From assembly GCA_001643675.2 (NCBI GenBank), contig LSRY02000029.1:930001-994000 (forward strand): a stretch of 64,000 bases of DNA, read 5' to 3'. This DNA comes from Monocercomonoides exilis PA203. Lineage: Eukaryota; Protista; Preaxostyla. The translations under genes and the position numbers were made by a program. This document shows, one piece after another, positions 12,762 to 25,102 of the stretch (position 1 is the first letter of the stretch; every line of letters begins with the position of its first letter). A model generated the notes under the pieces. That model ran no database searches. It saw nothing but the letters and a program-made list of their open reading frames with translations, and was not told where the DNA came from.

Positions 12762-14366
12762 TGTTATAATTGATTCTGTTATTCTCTGTTTGTCATTAAC
12801 GTTCTGTGAGTCATCATCCAATGGATCATCTGCAAATTCTCCTAAACGCAAATATCTGTTTCTGTTTGAATCGAATTTTCTGCTAAAAACTGGCAGAAGC
12901 GCCGGCATAGAAAATGAAGGAGACAGAAAATGCTGCTGAAAAAGAGGGAAAAACGAATGGCGCGATCCGATAAGAGAAAACCGCTGGGAAGACGACGAAT
13001 TCATTGAATGTGGCGAAAAAGTGGAGGAAATCAGAGAAAAAGACGAAGACGCTTCGGTTTGTGCCTTTTCCCGCTCCTTTTTCCGCTTTCTCTTCTGTTT
13101 GCCTTCTTTTGCTCTGAACTGTGATGCAGACGGCGGAGCAGAAGAGCAGAGGAAGAATACATTCTGAGAAGGGTGGAGCAGAAAAGGGAGAGAGACCGGA
13201 GAAGAAGCCAAAGACAAAGGTGTCATTGTTGCTGGTGATGAGCAATCGCTGTTTATTTTTGGGTCGATCGAGGCAGAGCCAAAAGGTGAATGTTTTGAGG
13301 AAGCAGAGGAAGAACTTGAAGAAGGCAGGGCAGACGACGAAGAAGGATATGAAACAAGCTGCAGAGTGGACGAAGATGAGGTGCATTTTGGGCGCAGTGT
13401 GAAAGAATGGAGGAGGATGGGTGTGTGTGTGCTGGTGTTTGTGATGCTGAGCAGATGCAGACGAGGCGGGTGGATTGCTCTGCTTAATGTGGAGGCAACA
13501 AGCGGGGCACGAAGCGAAGATGAGGAATCTGCGATCGCATTCACTGACGAAGATGAAGGTGAAAGTGAAGATGAAGATGCATCTTTACTATCTTTGTGTG
13601 TGTGAACGTCATGTGGTGCAGAAGAATAAATGTCTGGAATAATTAAAGGAAAAAGAGAGAATTGCAGCGGATGAATGCATTGAAGAGTTGTTGCAAGGCT
13701 TCGACAAGCAAGATCGCAATCATTCGCAAGATATGAGCGATTCAGTTCTTCCACTACTTTGCTGAAAAGTTGATTAGAAAAAAATGATTCATTGCTCAGA
13801 TGACCAGTTGACCAAAGTGAATGAATTGAATCAAATGTTTGAAAAGGATACATGCTTTCTTTCAAATTTGCTTTTGGAATAGGCTCAGTCTTCAAATAAA
13901 CTCGCTCAGCGTATAAATTACATGTTAATGAAAGAGTGCTTTCTCCGTCTTTTGGAGGTAAGGTAATTTCAGTTTCCACCGAAATACACAAGAGACGTTT
14001 CTGAAGATTTCTTTCAACAGAAATTATTCTACCTTGTGACGTTGAGTACCGCATATCGTTTGTGTGTAGTATTGTTGATCGATGCAAAGAAATACATTCT
14101 TCTGGTTCAACTGCACTCGAATGACAATTTTGCCATTCTTGTACGATAGTTATCCATAAATGACTGGTTGACGCAAGGCATTTGATTTCTGATAAAATTT
14201 TGGGTAACTGAAAAATGACAAAAAATCGAATGACTTCTCCTGGGAAAACAGCTGTCCTTGAAGGTGGTTTGAAACTAAATTGATTGTTTCGAAGAAGAAA
14301 ATTGTCAGGGATAAATAAAGAAGCATTCCTTGCCTGGATATCAAATAGAATATCGGAAGAGTTCAT
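7363..14366 (-). CDS. TRAPPC14/Trs65-like TRAPP-II subunit with very large Ser-rich insertions; 3 exons: 14366-7796, 7669-7618, 7534-7363
   Basis: A long ORF plus GT-AG introns 7795-7670 and 7617-7535 gives an in-frame C-terminus SIIWSENLVDLGHLPLLHSATTVIHCIPLKAGILPLCRVVLVD..KGT*. N-terminal RTAVFPGEVIRFFVIF and internal PQFIISFSFPSNVTTFSSFSLTLTVT resemble TRAPPC14/Trs65 motifs as I recall them. Confidence 0.65.
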
Positions 14367-14702
14367 GCCTTTAACTTAAAAAAAGATCACCAAACTCTAC
14401 AGTTGCGAAAAATAACTGTTTGTTATTCCAAATAACAAACAAAATATTTCCTTCAGAATTTTTATAATACTCCTCACGATTCCGTTTTAGTTCTGAATTT
14501 TCCTTCAAAAGGCAAACTTGTCATGTGAAAAAAAATTTTACTTGAAAAAAAGATTAAAAGGAATATTCAACAATGAAAAAATATGGTTTAACAAACGCTA
14601 ATTAAAAAAAATAGCACGATTGTTAGCGAATCCAAAAACATTCCATTTCAATTTATAAAAAACAAACAGTTTTTCTATCCCATAATAATAATATACAACA
14701 TA
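14367..14702. promoter_or_regulatory. Probable bidirectional promoter between divergent genes
   Basis: 336 bp of AT-rich sequence separates the start codons at 14366 (-) and 14703 (+). Confidence 0.45.
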
Positions 14703-15540
14703 ATGGGTTCAAGCTCTTCTCGTCAGTTAAAGGTTCTTGTTGTTGGATTAGATAACAGTGGAAAGTCAACAATAATTAGTCGAATGAAGGCTGCAGAAGT
14801 TTGAAATTAAAAAGATTTGCTGCACATGAACATTCACTTTTTTTAATTATTTAACATTATTTTTGTTCAAGGCTCCACAAGAAATACCACCAACTCCTGG
14901 TTTAAAGAATAAATTATTTCTGCTTTATTCATTATTATCGTTTAATTATCTTTAATTTATTTTTTGAATGAAACAAAATCACTTCTTGAAAATATCTATC
15001 AATCATTGATAATAATCAGGCTTTCAGGTTGAACAATTTAAAAAAGGAAAGGTTGATTTTACGATGTTTGATATGTCCGGAGCTGGAAAGTATCGTAATC
15101 TTTGGGAATTCTATTACAAAAATTGTCAAGCAATAATTTTTGTTGTGGATTCGGCGGATAAGATTCGTATGTGCGTTGCAAAAAATGAACTTGAAACAAT
15201 GTTGAAGAGCCCTGGTTTGTATTTTGCACCGATAATAACTTTCAACATTTTTTGTTTTTTGATATTAAAGAATTGAAGCCTGTTCCACTTTTGATATATG
15301 CAAACAAAATGGACTTACCTGGAGCAATGAATTATGCTCAGGTCAGTGAAGCTTTGGGTTTGGCAACGATCGCGGATCGTGAATGGAATATATTGTTTGA
15401 CCATTTCAAATTTTTATAATTCATCCAAAATTTACAAATGAAATTATTATTTTTTACAAAAAAACAGCCCAAGTAATGCTCTTTCTGGAGAAGGAATAGA
15501 TGAAGGTGTTACGTGGCTGACAGAGAAAACAAAAGAATGA
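14703..15540 (+). CDS. ARL6: Arf-like GTPase ARL6/BBS3; 5 exons: 14703-14798, 14872-14899, 15020-15214, 15271-15394, 15468-15540
   Basis: The spliced product has an MG start, P-loop [53 protein letters not shown] and [16 protein letters not shown]. All four introns are GT-AG and keep the frame. Confidence 0.93.
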
Positions 15541-15635
15541 AGTGAAACTGTGATCTAGATATTTTATTTTTTGATAACATTTCTTTCATATCATCTTCTG
15601 TATTGGCTATATTTATTTTTAAAGTTTGTTGAAGT

Positions 15636-15745
15636 TTTCTTTTTCTTTTTTCTTTTTCTTTTTTCTTTTTCTTTTTTCTTTTTCTTTTTTCTTTTTCTTT
15701 TTTCTTTTTCTTTTTTCTTTTTCTTTTTTCTTTTTCTTTTTTCTA
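15636..15745 (+). repeat. T/C microsatellite, (TTTTTC)n-like
   Basis: Visible pyrimidine repeat downstream of ARL6. Confidence 0.85.
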
Positions 15746-16252
15746 ATTCTTTTTTCTTGTTCTTTAATCTCTTTCATTTTTCTTTTCTTTCTTTAACTCA
15801 TTTCAGTCATCCGTAATTTTTTTCGTGAATATTCATTCAAAAAGATAAAAAGTTATTATAAATTTTTTGAAGAGAGTTTATCGCTTCAATGTATTTAGGT
15901 TAATAAATATGGCTAAGATTATGTTTATATTAGAGACAAATTTAATTTTGATATAGAAAATTGCTAATAGGAACTTTTTTGTTTGTTCGATCATTTTCGA
16001 AAAACCACCACAGATCAAAAAAATGAATGTCAAAGTCTTATTAACAAAAAAACTTTGTTTTCTCAAAACTTGAAAGTCTTGAATTTGATGCAAACATTGC
16101 AATTATTGTGCAATATTAGTTCCAATTAATCTCATCTTTTTTTTATTAAACATTTTTAGATTTTTTTCACATTTCATTGTGACCTTTATGGGTCTGTGTG
16201 TGTTGGTCTGTAATAGATAAGAAAAAAATTCAACAAAACCCTTTTTATCAGG

Positions 16253-16760
16253 GTGTTAACACGCACAGGATTAGTGGAAAAAATTGAAAAAGATTCCAAC
16301 GCTCCTGTCGATGCAAAAACTCAAGTGGTGAGACTGCCTGCATACAGCAATGCCAGACTATTGCATGATCCGCACGAAAATGGATTGAACATTTATTTGG
16401 TTTGCTGTTTTTCAAAATCTGCCTTTGAGGAAAAAGGAGTTGATATCTCGACATTCATTTTAAATTGAATTAAAGGCACAAAACTATGGAAGACTCATGC
16501 AAAAACCTGTCATTCCATTGATTTTTACGTAATCAGAAGAATGATGAATTGTCACGAAAGTGGAGCTGATTACGGAAAAATGAACACATCGTTCTATGGA
16601 ACAAATTGCAGTGGTTGTGTATTTAAAAGAGAATTATCTTTGATCTGTTTTATTCTTTTTTGAAGAATTGCAATCGTTTAATTTTCTTTTTCAATTCAAT
16701 TCCTCTTGATTTTTATCAGTTTTTGAATCAAACATGACAATTATCTCCAGCATGCTTGCC
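16253..16760 (+). pseudogene. Possible N-terminal remnant of a MULE-type transposase (FAR1/WRKY-like Zn finger)
   Basis: The ORF continues in frame past a TGA into IKGTKLWKTHAKTCHSIDFYVIRRMMNCHESG..TNCSGCVF, a Cys/His pattern. No catalytic domain is visible. Confidence 0.25.
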
Positions 16761-17068
16761 AAATTTTTCAAAAAATTGTTTGGTTTTTTATTTTCATTGG
16801 AAAAGTCTGAAATTTTTATTACAAAACCAAATCAATGATGTGAGGCATTTTATTGAAACAGACATTTAAACTTGACCTCTATGGCATGGCAGGAAAAAAT
16901 TTAAACAATGACAAAATTACTGACAAGATTTAATCCATTTGTCAATACTTTGTATATTTTTCGTTTCCAAATGTGTGATTATTTTTGTAGTCATAACTTT
17001 TTTCGGTGTGTTGTGTATTCAAAGACTGTTTATCATTGGAAGAGATTTAGTATTCAAATTGTCAAATA

Positions 17069-17095
17069 CAGTCAAAATCGGATGTAATCACATCG
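17069..17095 (+). mobile_element. pogo/Tigger-type terminal inverted repeat (partner of 31634-31660)
   Basis: TA|CAGTCAAAATCGGATGTAATCACATCG is 25/27 identical to the reverse complement of 31634-31660 and is followed by GTGATTATA-type subterminal motifs. Confidence 0.8.
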
Positions 17096-18299
17096 ATTTT
17101 TGCACAACTTTTTGTGACTATTTCCGATAGTGATTATATACGATAGATGAAAATCGCGTCTATATGAAAATGAATCAATCAAAGTTTTAATAACAGAATT
17201 ATTAATTTTTATAAAGGATTGCTTTATATTTTTTTATGCATTTATTTTATTTCGAAAAAAAATATCATTTTTCATTTTTTCAAAAAAAAGTTTGAAAATC
17301 AAAAATAATATAATTTGCGATCAAAGATCAACTTCGAATAACAAATACAAAGAAGTTTAAGAAAAGTGGCATGTTAACGCATTTTGATGGCAAATTCAAA
17401 TCACCGTTGTTAATGAAGAACGAACATAAATCTTTTAAAGAATAATTTAACTTATTCGATTTCATTTTCTCATTAGTAACACTTTGATATTTTTTTTTAA
17501 AACAGACAGTTTTTTCAGCTTATTGCAAACATTTTTTATTTGCAAAATATTACTTTTTAACAGTAGATTGTGATTTTTATTTTTTTTGTCAACTTGTTTT
17601 TATGATAAAGTAATTCATCAATTATTAACAAATTTTCACATATCAAAGTTTTATTGGGATAAATAATTTCTTGGAAGCTTGCTCAGAAATGAATGTTCTT
17701 ATAAACAATTTCTTTGTGTGATTTGTTATTTGATCATTATTGTTACATGTTTTTCATGTTTAAAAATTAATTTTTGTAGTTTTTGTTACGAAAAAGAAGT
17801 TTCCAATATTTGTGAAACGCAAAATTAATCAATAAATTTGAAAATTACAATAAACGAATGTTTTTACAAATTATTAAAGAATTCTTTATACATTTCTTTC
17901 ATTTTCTCAGTCATTCTCCACAAACAAAAAAATCAAATTCACATGAATAATAAAAAGCATTTCAAGTTGGAGAAAAGAAAGAATAGCTCGAGACAATCAG
18001 ATTCAAGATGAGAATATCATGAACGATTTGTTAGACAAGTGTAATTAAAGAAAAATGGATTGACAAGAGATATAAAAAATGAACAGTATTTTTATTGAAA
18101 ATTGAATGAGATCAGGCAGACAAATTGGAAAACGATTCAATATGTTTTATAAACAAAGAAATAAATATTCACGTTATAATAAAATGGAAAAAAAGGTGTG
18201 TCAGTGAATGAAGAAGTTAAATAAAAAAAACTTCCAAATAACAATTTCTTAAATATAATGAGAAAATTTTTCATCATATTGCCAACTGAATCCAAACTG

Positions 18300-19200
18300 T
18301 GAAGCATACGTATGCTGATGATTATCTGGCAAGTGAATCGTCTGAAGCTGTTACTGAAGATAGAATCAGTTTGTTAGTAAGCGAAATATTTTCGCTTACC
18401 TAAAAAACAAAAAAATACACATTGCAATGGACTTCTTGTCATATCGTCATAGTACACAACTTGCGCTTCACAAAACTAACAGTTCGTAACATTGAAACAG
18501 CGTTGTCGAAGATGAAGAAAGAGTATTTGTCCCAATCACACTAACTGCCTCAAATATCCCCACAACAGAAATATTATCCCCAATATTGATCGTCTTTTCT
18601 TCTCTCCCATGCTTCCCACACAGCACTGTGATTGTCGAGCTCAGCTGTGCCGTGCTCGACCCCATTGCATGCCCCATTGAATTGCACTGCGCTGTCTCGC
18701 TCATCCCGCACAGATTGCTCGTGTCATCTCCACTCACCACAACATACCAATCCTTCATCTTTACGCTCAGCCAGCACATCATTTCTGTATGTTGATATTT
18801 CCAACTGCTTGATTGCAAGTGAGCATAGCACAATCGACTTTCATTTGTATTCGTTGTGTACGATTCATAAAACGGATTGTTCGAAATAAAGAGGTTGTAA
18901 TTGTCTTGAAAATACACATCATGCCCATAGGGAGTGGAAGTGGTTGTGCATCTGCAATCGTGGAAGAAGAAGAAATAGCAAAAAAGCTTGTCATCTGGAG
19001 CTGTTGATAGATATGTCCTGAAATACAATCCTCCGCCATAAGACACCGCCGAGCACGAAATTAACCAAACGCTCCTCGTTTTGAACGGAGCAGTTACAGT
19101 TTCTCAGTTCATCCCTCTGCCATTCGAAATAGTTGAAGGGAACGAAATGAATGAGCACTCAAATACATTAGCGCCAACCACTTTACAACTTTCTGTGGCA
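18300..19200 (-). pseudogene. Decayed fragment of the beta-helix/Pmp-like gene family
   Basis: ORF 18468-19046 (YGGGLYF..CYFFFFHDC..GHDVYFQD..NPFYESYTTN) is homologous to 33801-34922. It has frameshifts or stops and no intact start. Confidence 0.75.
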
Positions 19201-20169
19201 AAACATTAAGATAAAGAAATATGAAAAAATTCAAAATGAAAAACTTATCCTTTTCAAATGAACAACACAACCTTTATTGGTATATTTTCCTTCTAGTTCT
19301 TTTCTTTGGAAAATATCTTTGATTATTCCTATTTCTTATATCTTTTCATTTATTACGTTAAGTCTCAATCTTTTGAATAAAATCGTTGTCCACTCATGTC
19401 TTGGTATTGATATTGTTTATTATTGCCAAATGGGTATTTTTTTTTGAAAAGTCACAAAATATTAATTGATCTGAAAATCAGATCACAAATGATCAGAAAA
19501 TGTTGATCATTCCGTTACCATCATTTGTTGCTGAATATTATTCTATTGAGTTTTGTCATACTATCCCCGAATATTGCGTTTCATTAAAACAAATTTCATC
19601 CATCATATTAACTGTTAAATCATATTTATGTTATTAAATATAATTTTTCTTGTTTTTTGAAGTCACAGAATAATTTGTTCATATTTACTATGTTTTCATT
19701 TCAACTGTTCTATTCTGCGCTTTAATTTTTTGAGTAGAGACTTCGTTTTTTATATGTTCCTATGCAGAAAAACATATAGATTTTAACTTGCTTTTATTTG
19801 AGTATTTTGAAAAGAAATTATTTAATAAGAAAATTTCATCGAAACAATCCTTGTTGTTATTAAAAGAAATACAAAAGGTTGTTAATATTGAACAGTTATT
19901 AATGTTATAACAAATAAATTAAAACAACATATAATTTCTGATGTCAAATGTCCTTTTATTAATATTCGAAAAAAATGGTATATCAAGTTTTGAATCAAAT
20001 CATGAATCAGATCTTTAATTGCTACCAATTACTCATTTGCTTTTTTTTGCTCGTCTTTATCTTCAAATTTCAACTCAACTTTTGAAGAAACCTTGTTTTA
20101 TCCTTTTCCCATTTATCGAGAATAGTGTGCTTTTGTTGCTGGTTGACCGTTCTGAAAAAAATGAAAATG

Positions 20170-21440
20170 TTGTGTTTGTGTCACCATTGGAGCTACCTGC
20201 AGAAGTGGTGGGGTATCTGAAAAAGCTTCATGTGGCAGGGGCAGCTCAGTGGTTTAATCTTCGCTCAGCGTCTTTGGTATTCTTTATCAACTACACCATT
20301 CCTGAGGTTGAGAAGCGAAGTGAAGAACGCGGCAGTGGATAAGCAGTTATCACTTTTATCATTCAACGCGTCTGTGATTGATCCTTTGGATGCCTCGGAG
20401 GTGGCAGTGCCAGACACATCAACAGCAGTGATGGATGACATTGAGAGGGAGCTGGGACGTATGCAAATCACATGAAGTTGTTACCAAGTGGGTTTCAGAA
20501 GCTTCGAGGGATATGTTGTTGCTTGACATAGCTGGTTGCGTTGTATAAGGGTGTTGTGCGTGCGCCAATGATATGGCGCTTTCGGTGGTGCTTTCGGTTC
20601 CGATAGTGGCGCTGCTTCAGTAGCTTTCAGTGTCTGTGAGCACGAAATCAGAAAGCAAGTGGATCTTTGCAGCGGCAGATGTGAATGCATTCCCGTTGAT
20701 CTCCGATCTGTTTGACCCGTCGCTGCTAACGTCGGAGATAGCGCAGTCGGTGTCGCGATCGCCTCAGTCGATGTGTGTGGTGGTGAAGCTGGACGAGGAA
20801 GTGATGGGGCAGTGTGCAGCAGTGTGTGAAGAGGGGAAGAGCTGAAGAACAAGAAGGAAGACCTGGAGAATACGAAGGCGAATGCTGTGCAGACGCTTAG
20901 CAAGATGGACGGAAAGTGCGAGGGGCATGTTGTGGAGCTGGGCGTGGAGAAGGAAGAGCTGGGGCGGCATATCCCGGAGCTTAGGGAGCTGCACGAGGAG
21001 GTGAAGCAGTAGATGGAGAAGTGGTGTTCGGAGTTCGTCATGCTGCTGCAGAAGATCCGGGACGACGTGTGGATCTCGAAGCGGAAGAGCGGGCTGGTGG
21101 AGCAGCTGCAGGAGAATGACAAGATCAAAGGATGCGGGAGAGGAAGATTCTGGAGCTGAGCGAGGAGCACAACACAAATGTGAAGGAAGCAAAGGATCTG
21201 CATGAGCATCTGGTTGCCATTAAGGAAAATGTGGAATTGACTGATGTGGGGATTGATAAGGAGAAAAGGCAACAGAAGCAGCAGAGTGGTGTGGTGAGTG
21301 TGGATGGCAAGCGGAAAATGATGTATTGGTGGTAACGCTTGCTGCGCCTTTATCATTGGCCTCAGCTGAAAGAGGGATGATTTCGTTTTCTTCTTTGTTG
21401 ATTCTGCCTTCTGGATTTTGTGAAAAGAACCATGTGTTCT
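20170..21440 (+). pseudogene. Decayed coiled-coil protein gene in the left arm of element C
   Basis: Broken frames encode VVKLDEEVMG, EQLQENDKI, RKILELSEEH..VKEAK..LVAIKENVE and VTLAAPLSLASAERGM..PSGFCEK. The region is more GC-rich than its flanks. Confidence 0.6.
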
Positions 21441-22599
21441 TCTCCTTCCTCTTCTTCTCCTCCTCCTTCACCTTCTTATTTTCTATTATTCACTCAGAAA
21501 TAAGCAAAAAGAAGACAAAACATTCTCAATGTTGACAATATATTTGTTTCTTTCAAAGAATGTTTTGAAATAAAATGAATGGAAAAAGAAACAGGATATG
21601 GATGGAAAATGAGGTTAGTTGATGAAGCAAAATCATATTTTGAAGAAAAATTGAGAATACAAAAATCGATAAATAAAGAAAAAAAGAGAAAGAGGAGAAA
21701 GATGTGTTGGAGGAAGAAGAAGAATAGAAGAAGAAGAAGAATAGAAGAAGAAGAATACGAAAAGGAGGATGTCAATGCCAATGAAGAACATGGCAAGGCT
21801 TTGCTATTAACTCCCTCCTCTTCGCTACCGTCTTTTGAAACTGTACCAATCAATGTCCATCCCCCAAAGGAAGATCAAAGCAGATCGCCTTTTTTGAGTC
21901 GTTCCTCCACAGCTTCATCCACAACAGCCATCGCAGCAGCCGCACCATCTGGGACGACTCCAACCGCACTTCTTTCTTCTCCAACACTGACTGTATAATC
22001 TCCACTGGAAGCTTCAGCCCAATCTATTCCACTGCCACCTTCGATACTGTATAAAGCTCTCGCTTTAAGTTGTTCAGCGCATCTCACTGTCTTCACAATC
22101 TCATTTTTCAAAGGCTACAGATGAGGATTTTTCAGATCAGCTTCATCACAAACATCTGGAAGCTGCTTATTCCTCTGAAGTTCAGTATCAATCCAAGAAA
22201 CGCAGAAACATTTACCACTCCCATCTTTGACAATATCTTCTCAAATCCACAAAAAACATTTTGATCTTCTTCTCCTACACCCCTTCTAACGCAATTCAGT
22301 TGTCAGGAAAACTCCAATTCACCTCCAGTTTACTCCCTCTGCACAAATTCACCAAATAGCCACATCCCTGCAAAGTCCTTCCGGAACAGCTCTTCCCCAA
22401 ACATTCTTGTCAACCGCACCACCTCTTTCTTCAATTACTTTGAGAATTTCTCCCCCAGTCATATATGAATAAAGTCCGCATGGACATGCCTTAGAAGCAC
22501 CGCACCTTCCATCCAAGCGCCCTAGTCGCTCAAATCTACCAATATCTTATCTCTATTTATTCCCTGGATCTTCGGCAGCGTCCACGCCCGTTTCTGTTT

Positions 22600-24300
22600 A
22601 AGTCCTGTCTTCAGCAGCATCAACAGCATCTGCATCGGAACTGATGATCTCCACGTTGGTGGTAACCGAAGCACATAAGCCGTTTCGCACACAACCTACC
22701 ACTGTATCTCAGACACTGCGCTCATCAGCCGCTCCATCGCTGTCGACCCCGTCAGAAAAGTTCCCTCTCCAACCACTTTCTCCTCTGTTCCGCCTTCCCT
22801 TCACCTGCCCAACCAGCCGCTCCACTGTCTCTCCATATGATGCCTTCATTTTCTTCTGCTGCTGCTTCTTTTGCGCGAGCGCCATCCACTGTTTCTCAAT
22901 CACTTCCTTGAACAGCACCGACTGCTATATTGTCGTCTTCTCCTGCATTTTCAACAGTACCATCAGCATCTTCGTTTCCTTCTCCATTTTTTTTCTCTTC
23001 TGCCACACATTTGCATCCTCCTCCTTCTCCACATTGAAACTTTCTCCTCCACAGCTCTTTGCTTCTCCCACAACGCTCACTCCGCTCCACACTTTCACAA
23101 CAACCTCTTTCCTGCTCGTGTCTGGCTCAAGCATCGCAGCGCTGTCATATTCGAAGTTCGATGTGATCTTCTCCTGACTCTTTTCACACAGCCCCGACGG
23201 TTGAATCATAAAATTCAAAGATGGAGTCATCACGCCCTCCGCAGAAATAAACGAAAAAGATATGGCAAGTTTAACCACAAATCCACAAGTTTCAACTAAC
23301 TGTTTCCGCTCATCAACCCACCCTGATGTGTCAGGCGCTTCTTCTTCTTCTCAATCCATTCTTCAATAAATTCGACCTTCTCCTTTATCGCAACCAGTTG
23401 TTCCTTCAGCTCCTTCACCTCTGCGATGTGCTTCTCGCTCATCTGCAAAATCTTCCTCTGATTCATCCGGATGATCTTGTCCTTCTCCTGCAGCTGCTCC
23501 TCCTACCCACTTGCATGGTTCAAAATCTGCTTGTAGTCTCAACTGTTTTTCAACTGCATATTTATCTACAAACTGCTCTTCTTCATCTCCCACTTTTCCT
23601 CCTCGAACTACTCCTCCAGCTCCCAAATCAGCAGCCCCTGCTCCTTCATCTTCCCCTCCATTTTTGTCATCTGTGCTTTGCACTTTCCGAACGACTTGCT
23701 TAACATCTGCACAGCATTCGCCTTCTTCGTCTGGCTTCACTGCTAAACTACTCGACTGTAGCATCAGAGGCACCAGCCGCGCTATCACCGACGGCAGCAG
23801 CAACTGTCAAGCAGATCAAAGAGAGGGAATTCGCATTTTCCTTTGAAAAGATCTGCTCGATTCTTGTTTAGCATCACACTCCGTGTCTCAACGTCTACCA
23901 GCAGCAAAAGCGACAGTGACAGATGCCGAACATGCACCCCTGCCGCCTCAGGCACCAGAATCCGCAGATGCCTTTCGTTATCTTCCATCGATGCAACAGA
24001 TATATATGATTCCGCCACAACAGAGAAATCCGAAGGATCAATTGTTTGTGCAGTGGATGATAAAGATGATGATGATTGCTCATCCACTTCTGCCTTATTC
24101 TTTTCACTTTATCTCCTGAATGACGAAAACAAAAAAGTCACAAGCGCTAAGTTAAAAGACGAACTGCTGCTCTGCTCTGGTCATAAGAATATTTTCATAT
24201 TAACCTTCAAGTCTACCAGCAGTTCCACTGACTGCACAAATACTTCATTTTCATATGAAAAGGAATGTCGATCATCCCGTAAAGCTCACATTTATTGTTC
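22600..24300 (-). pseudogene. Decayed paralogous coiled-coil gene in the right arm of element C
   Basis: Encodes EQLQEKDKII..RKILQMSEKH..VKELK..LVAIKEKVE and VKLAISFSFISAEGVM..PSGLCEK, collinear with the left-arm gene. Confidence 0.6.
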
Positions 24301-25024
24301 TTAAAGAAAAAAAAGAACAGAGTCAATTCGAACAAAAAAAAATGTGAAAATGAAAAAGATGACCGTAAGAAATATGGAAGCAAAAGAGACATTGAATGTG
24401 ATTTATTATTTGAACTCAGAAAACAAGCATCAAGTTTATTTTTTTTATTTTTTTTTATTTTTTATATTGGAATGTTTTCAAAAACATGTCGTAATTGAGC
24501 ACCATTTTCGTAATTGTCGTTTCAATAATTGTTCAAAAAGTGCAACATTCTTAAAGAGATAGATTATTTATGAATAGTTAAAAGCTAACTTCCAAAATAA
24601 AAAACTCACATAAAAATTTTAAAGATATTGAATATTTTATCTTTTCAATTTCCAATAAAGGAATATGATAAAAATGAAGTGTCCATGAAAATAATTGAAA
24701 TGAAAATTCAAATCGAATGAAACGAAAACTCTAAAAACAATTGATAATACAGTTTGGCTCGTACAAAAAGATAATGAATTGGTAACAATGTAATTATGAT
24801 TAATCAGTCTAAGTTTATATGAAATGAATCAAATTGAAACTTAATAATTTATAATTAGTCAAATAAGCCACAAATTGAAATAAATGACAATACATGATGG
24901 GAACGGAATGATCAACATTTTCTGATCATTTGTGATCTGATTTTCAGATCAATTAATATTTTGTGACTTTTCAAAAAAAAAATACCCAAATAGAGGACCA
25001 TTCGAAATGTCTATAACCCTTTTG

Positions 25025-25071
25025 TAGACCTATGCGACACGACTTGCTATTTTTTGTTGCTGTCGGTCACC

Positions 25072-25102
<31 letters not shown>

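Larger units (their letters stand above)
19432..24987. mobile_element. Non-autonomous TIR element 'C' (GGG...CCC ends, 4-bp AAAT TSD, Sola2-like family) with ~2-kb diverged inverted arms
   Basis: 19432-19524 matches the reverse complement of 24894-24987 apart from one substitution and one homopolymer-length difference. AAAT flanks both ends. The terminus is related to the end at 45465. Confidence 0.85.

Noticed and set aside
34-13605. Numerous overlapping antisense and alternative-frame ORFs
   Set aside because: These are shadows of TCT/GAA low-complexity coding sequence.
15064-15100. ARL6 has Ala instead of the catalytic Gln (DMSGAG)
   Set aside because: Ala at this site is known in other protist and algal ARL6/BBS3 proteins, so it is not novel.
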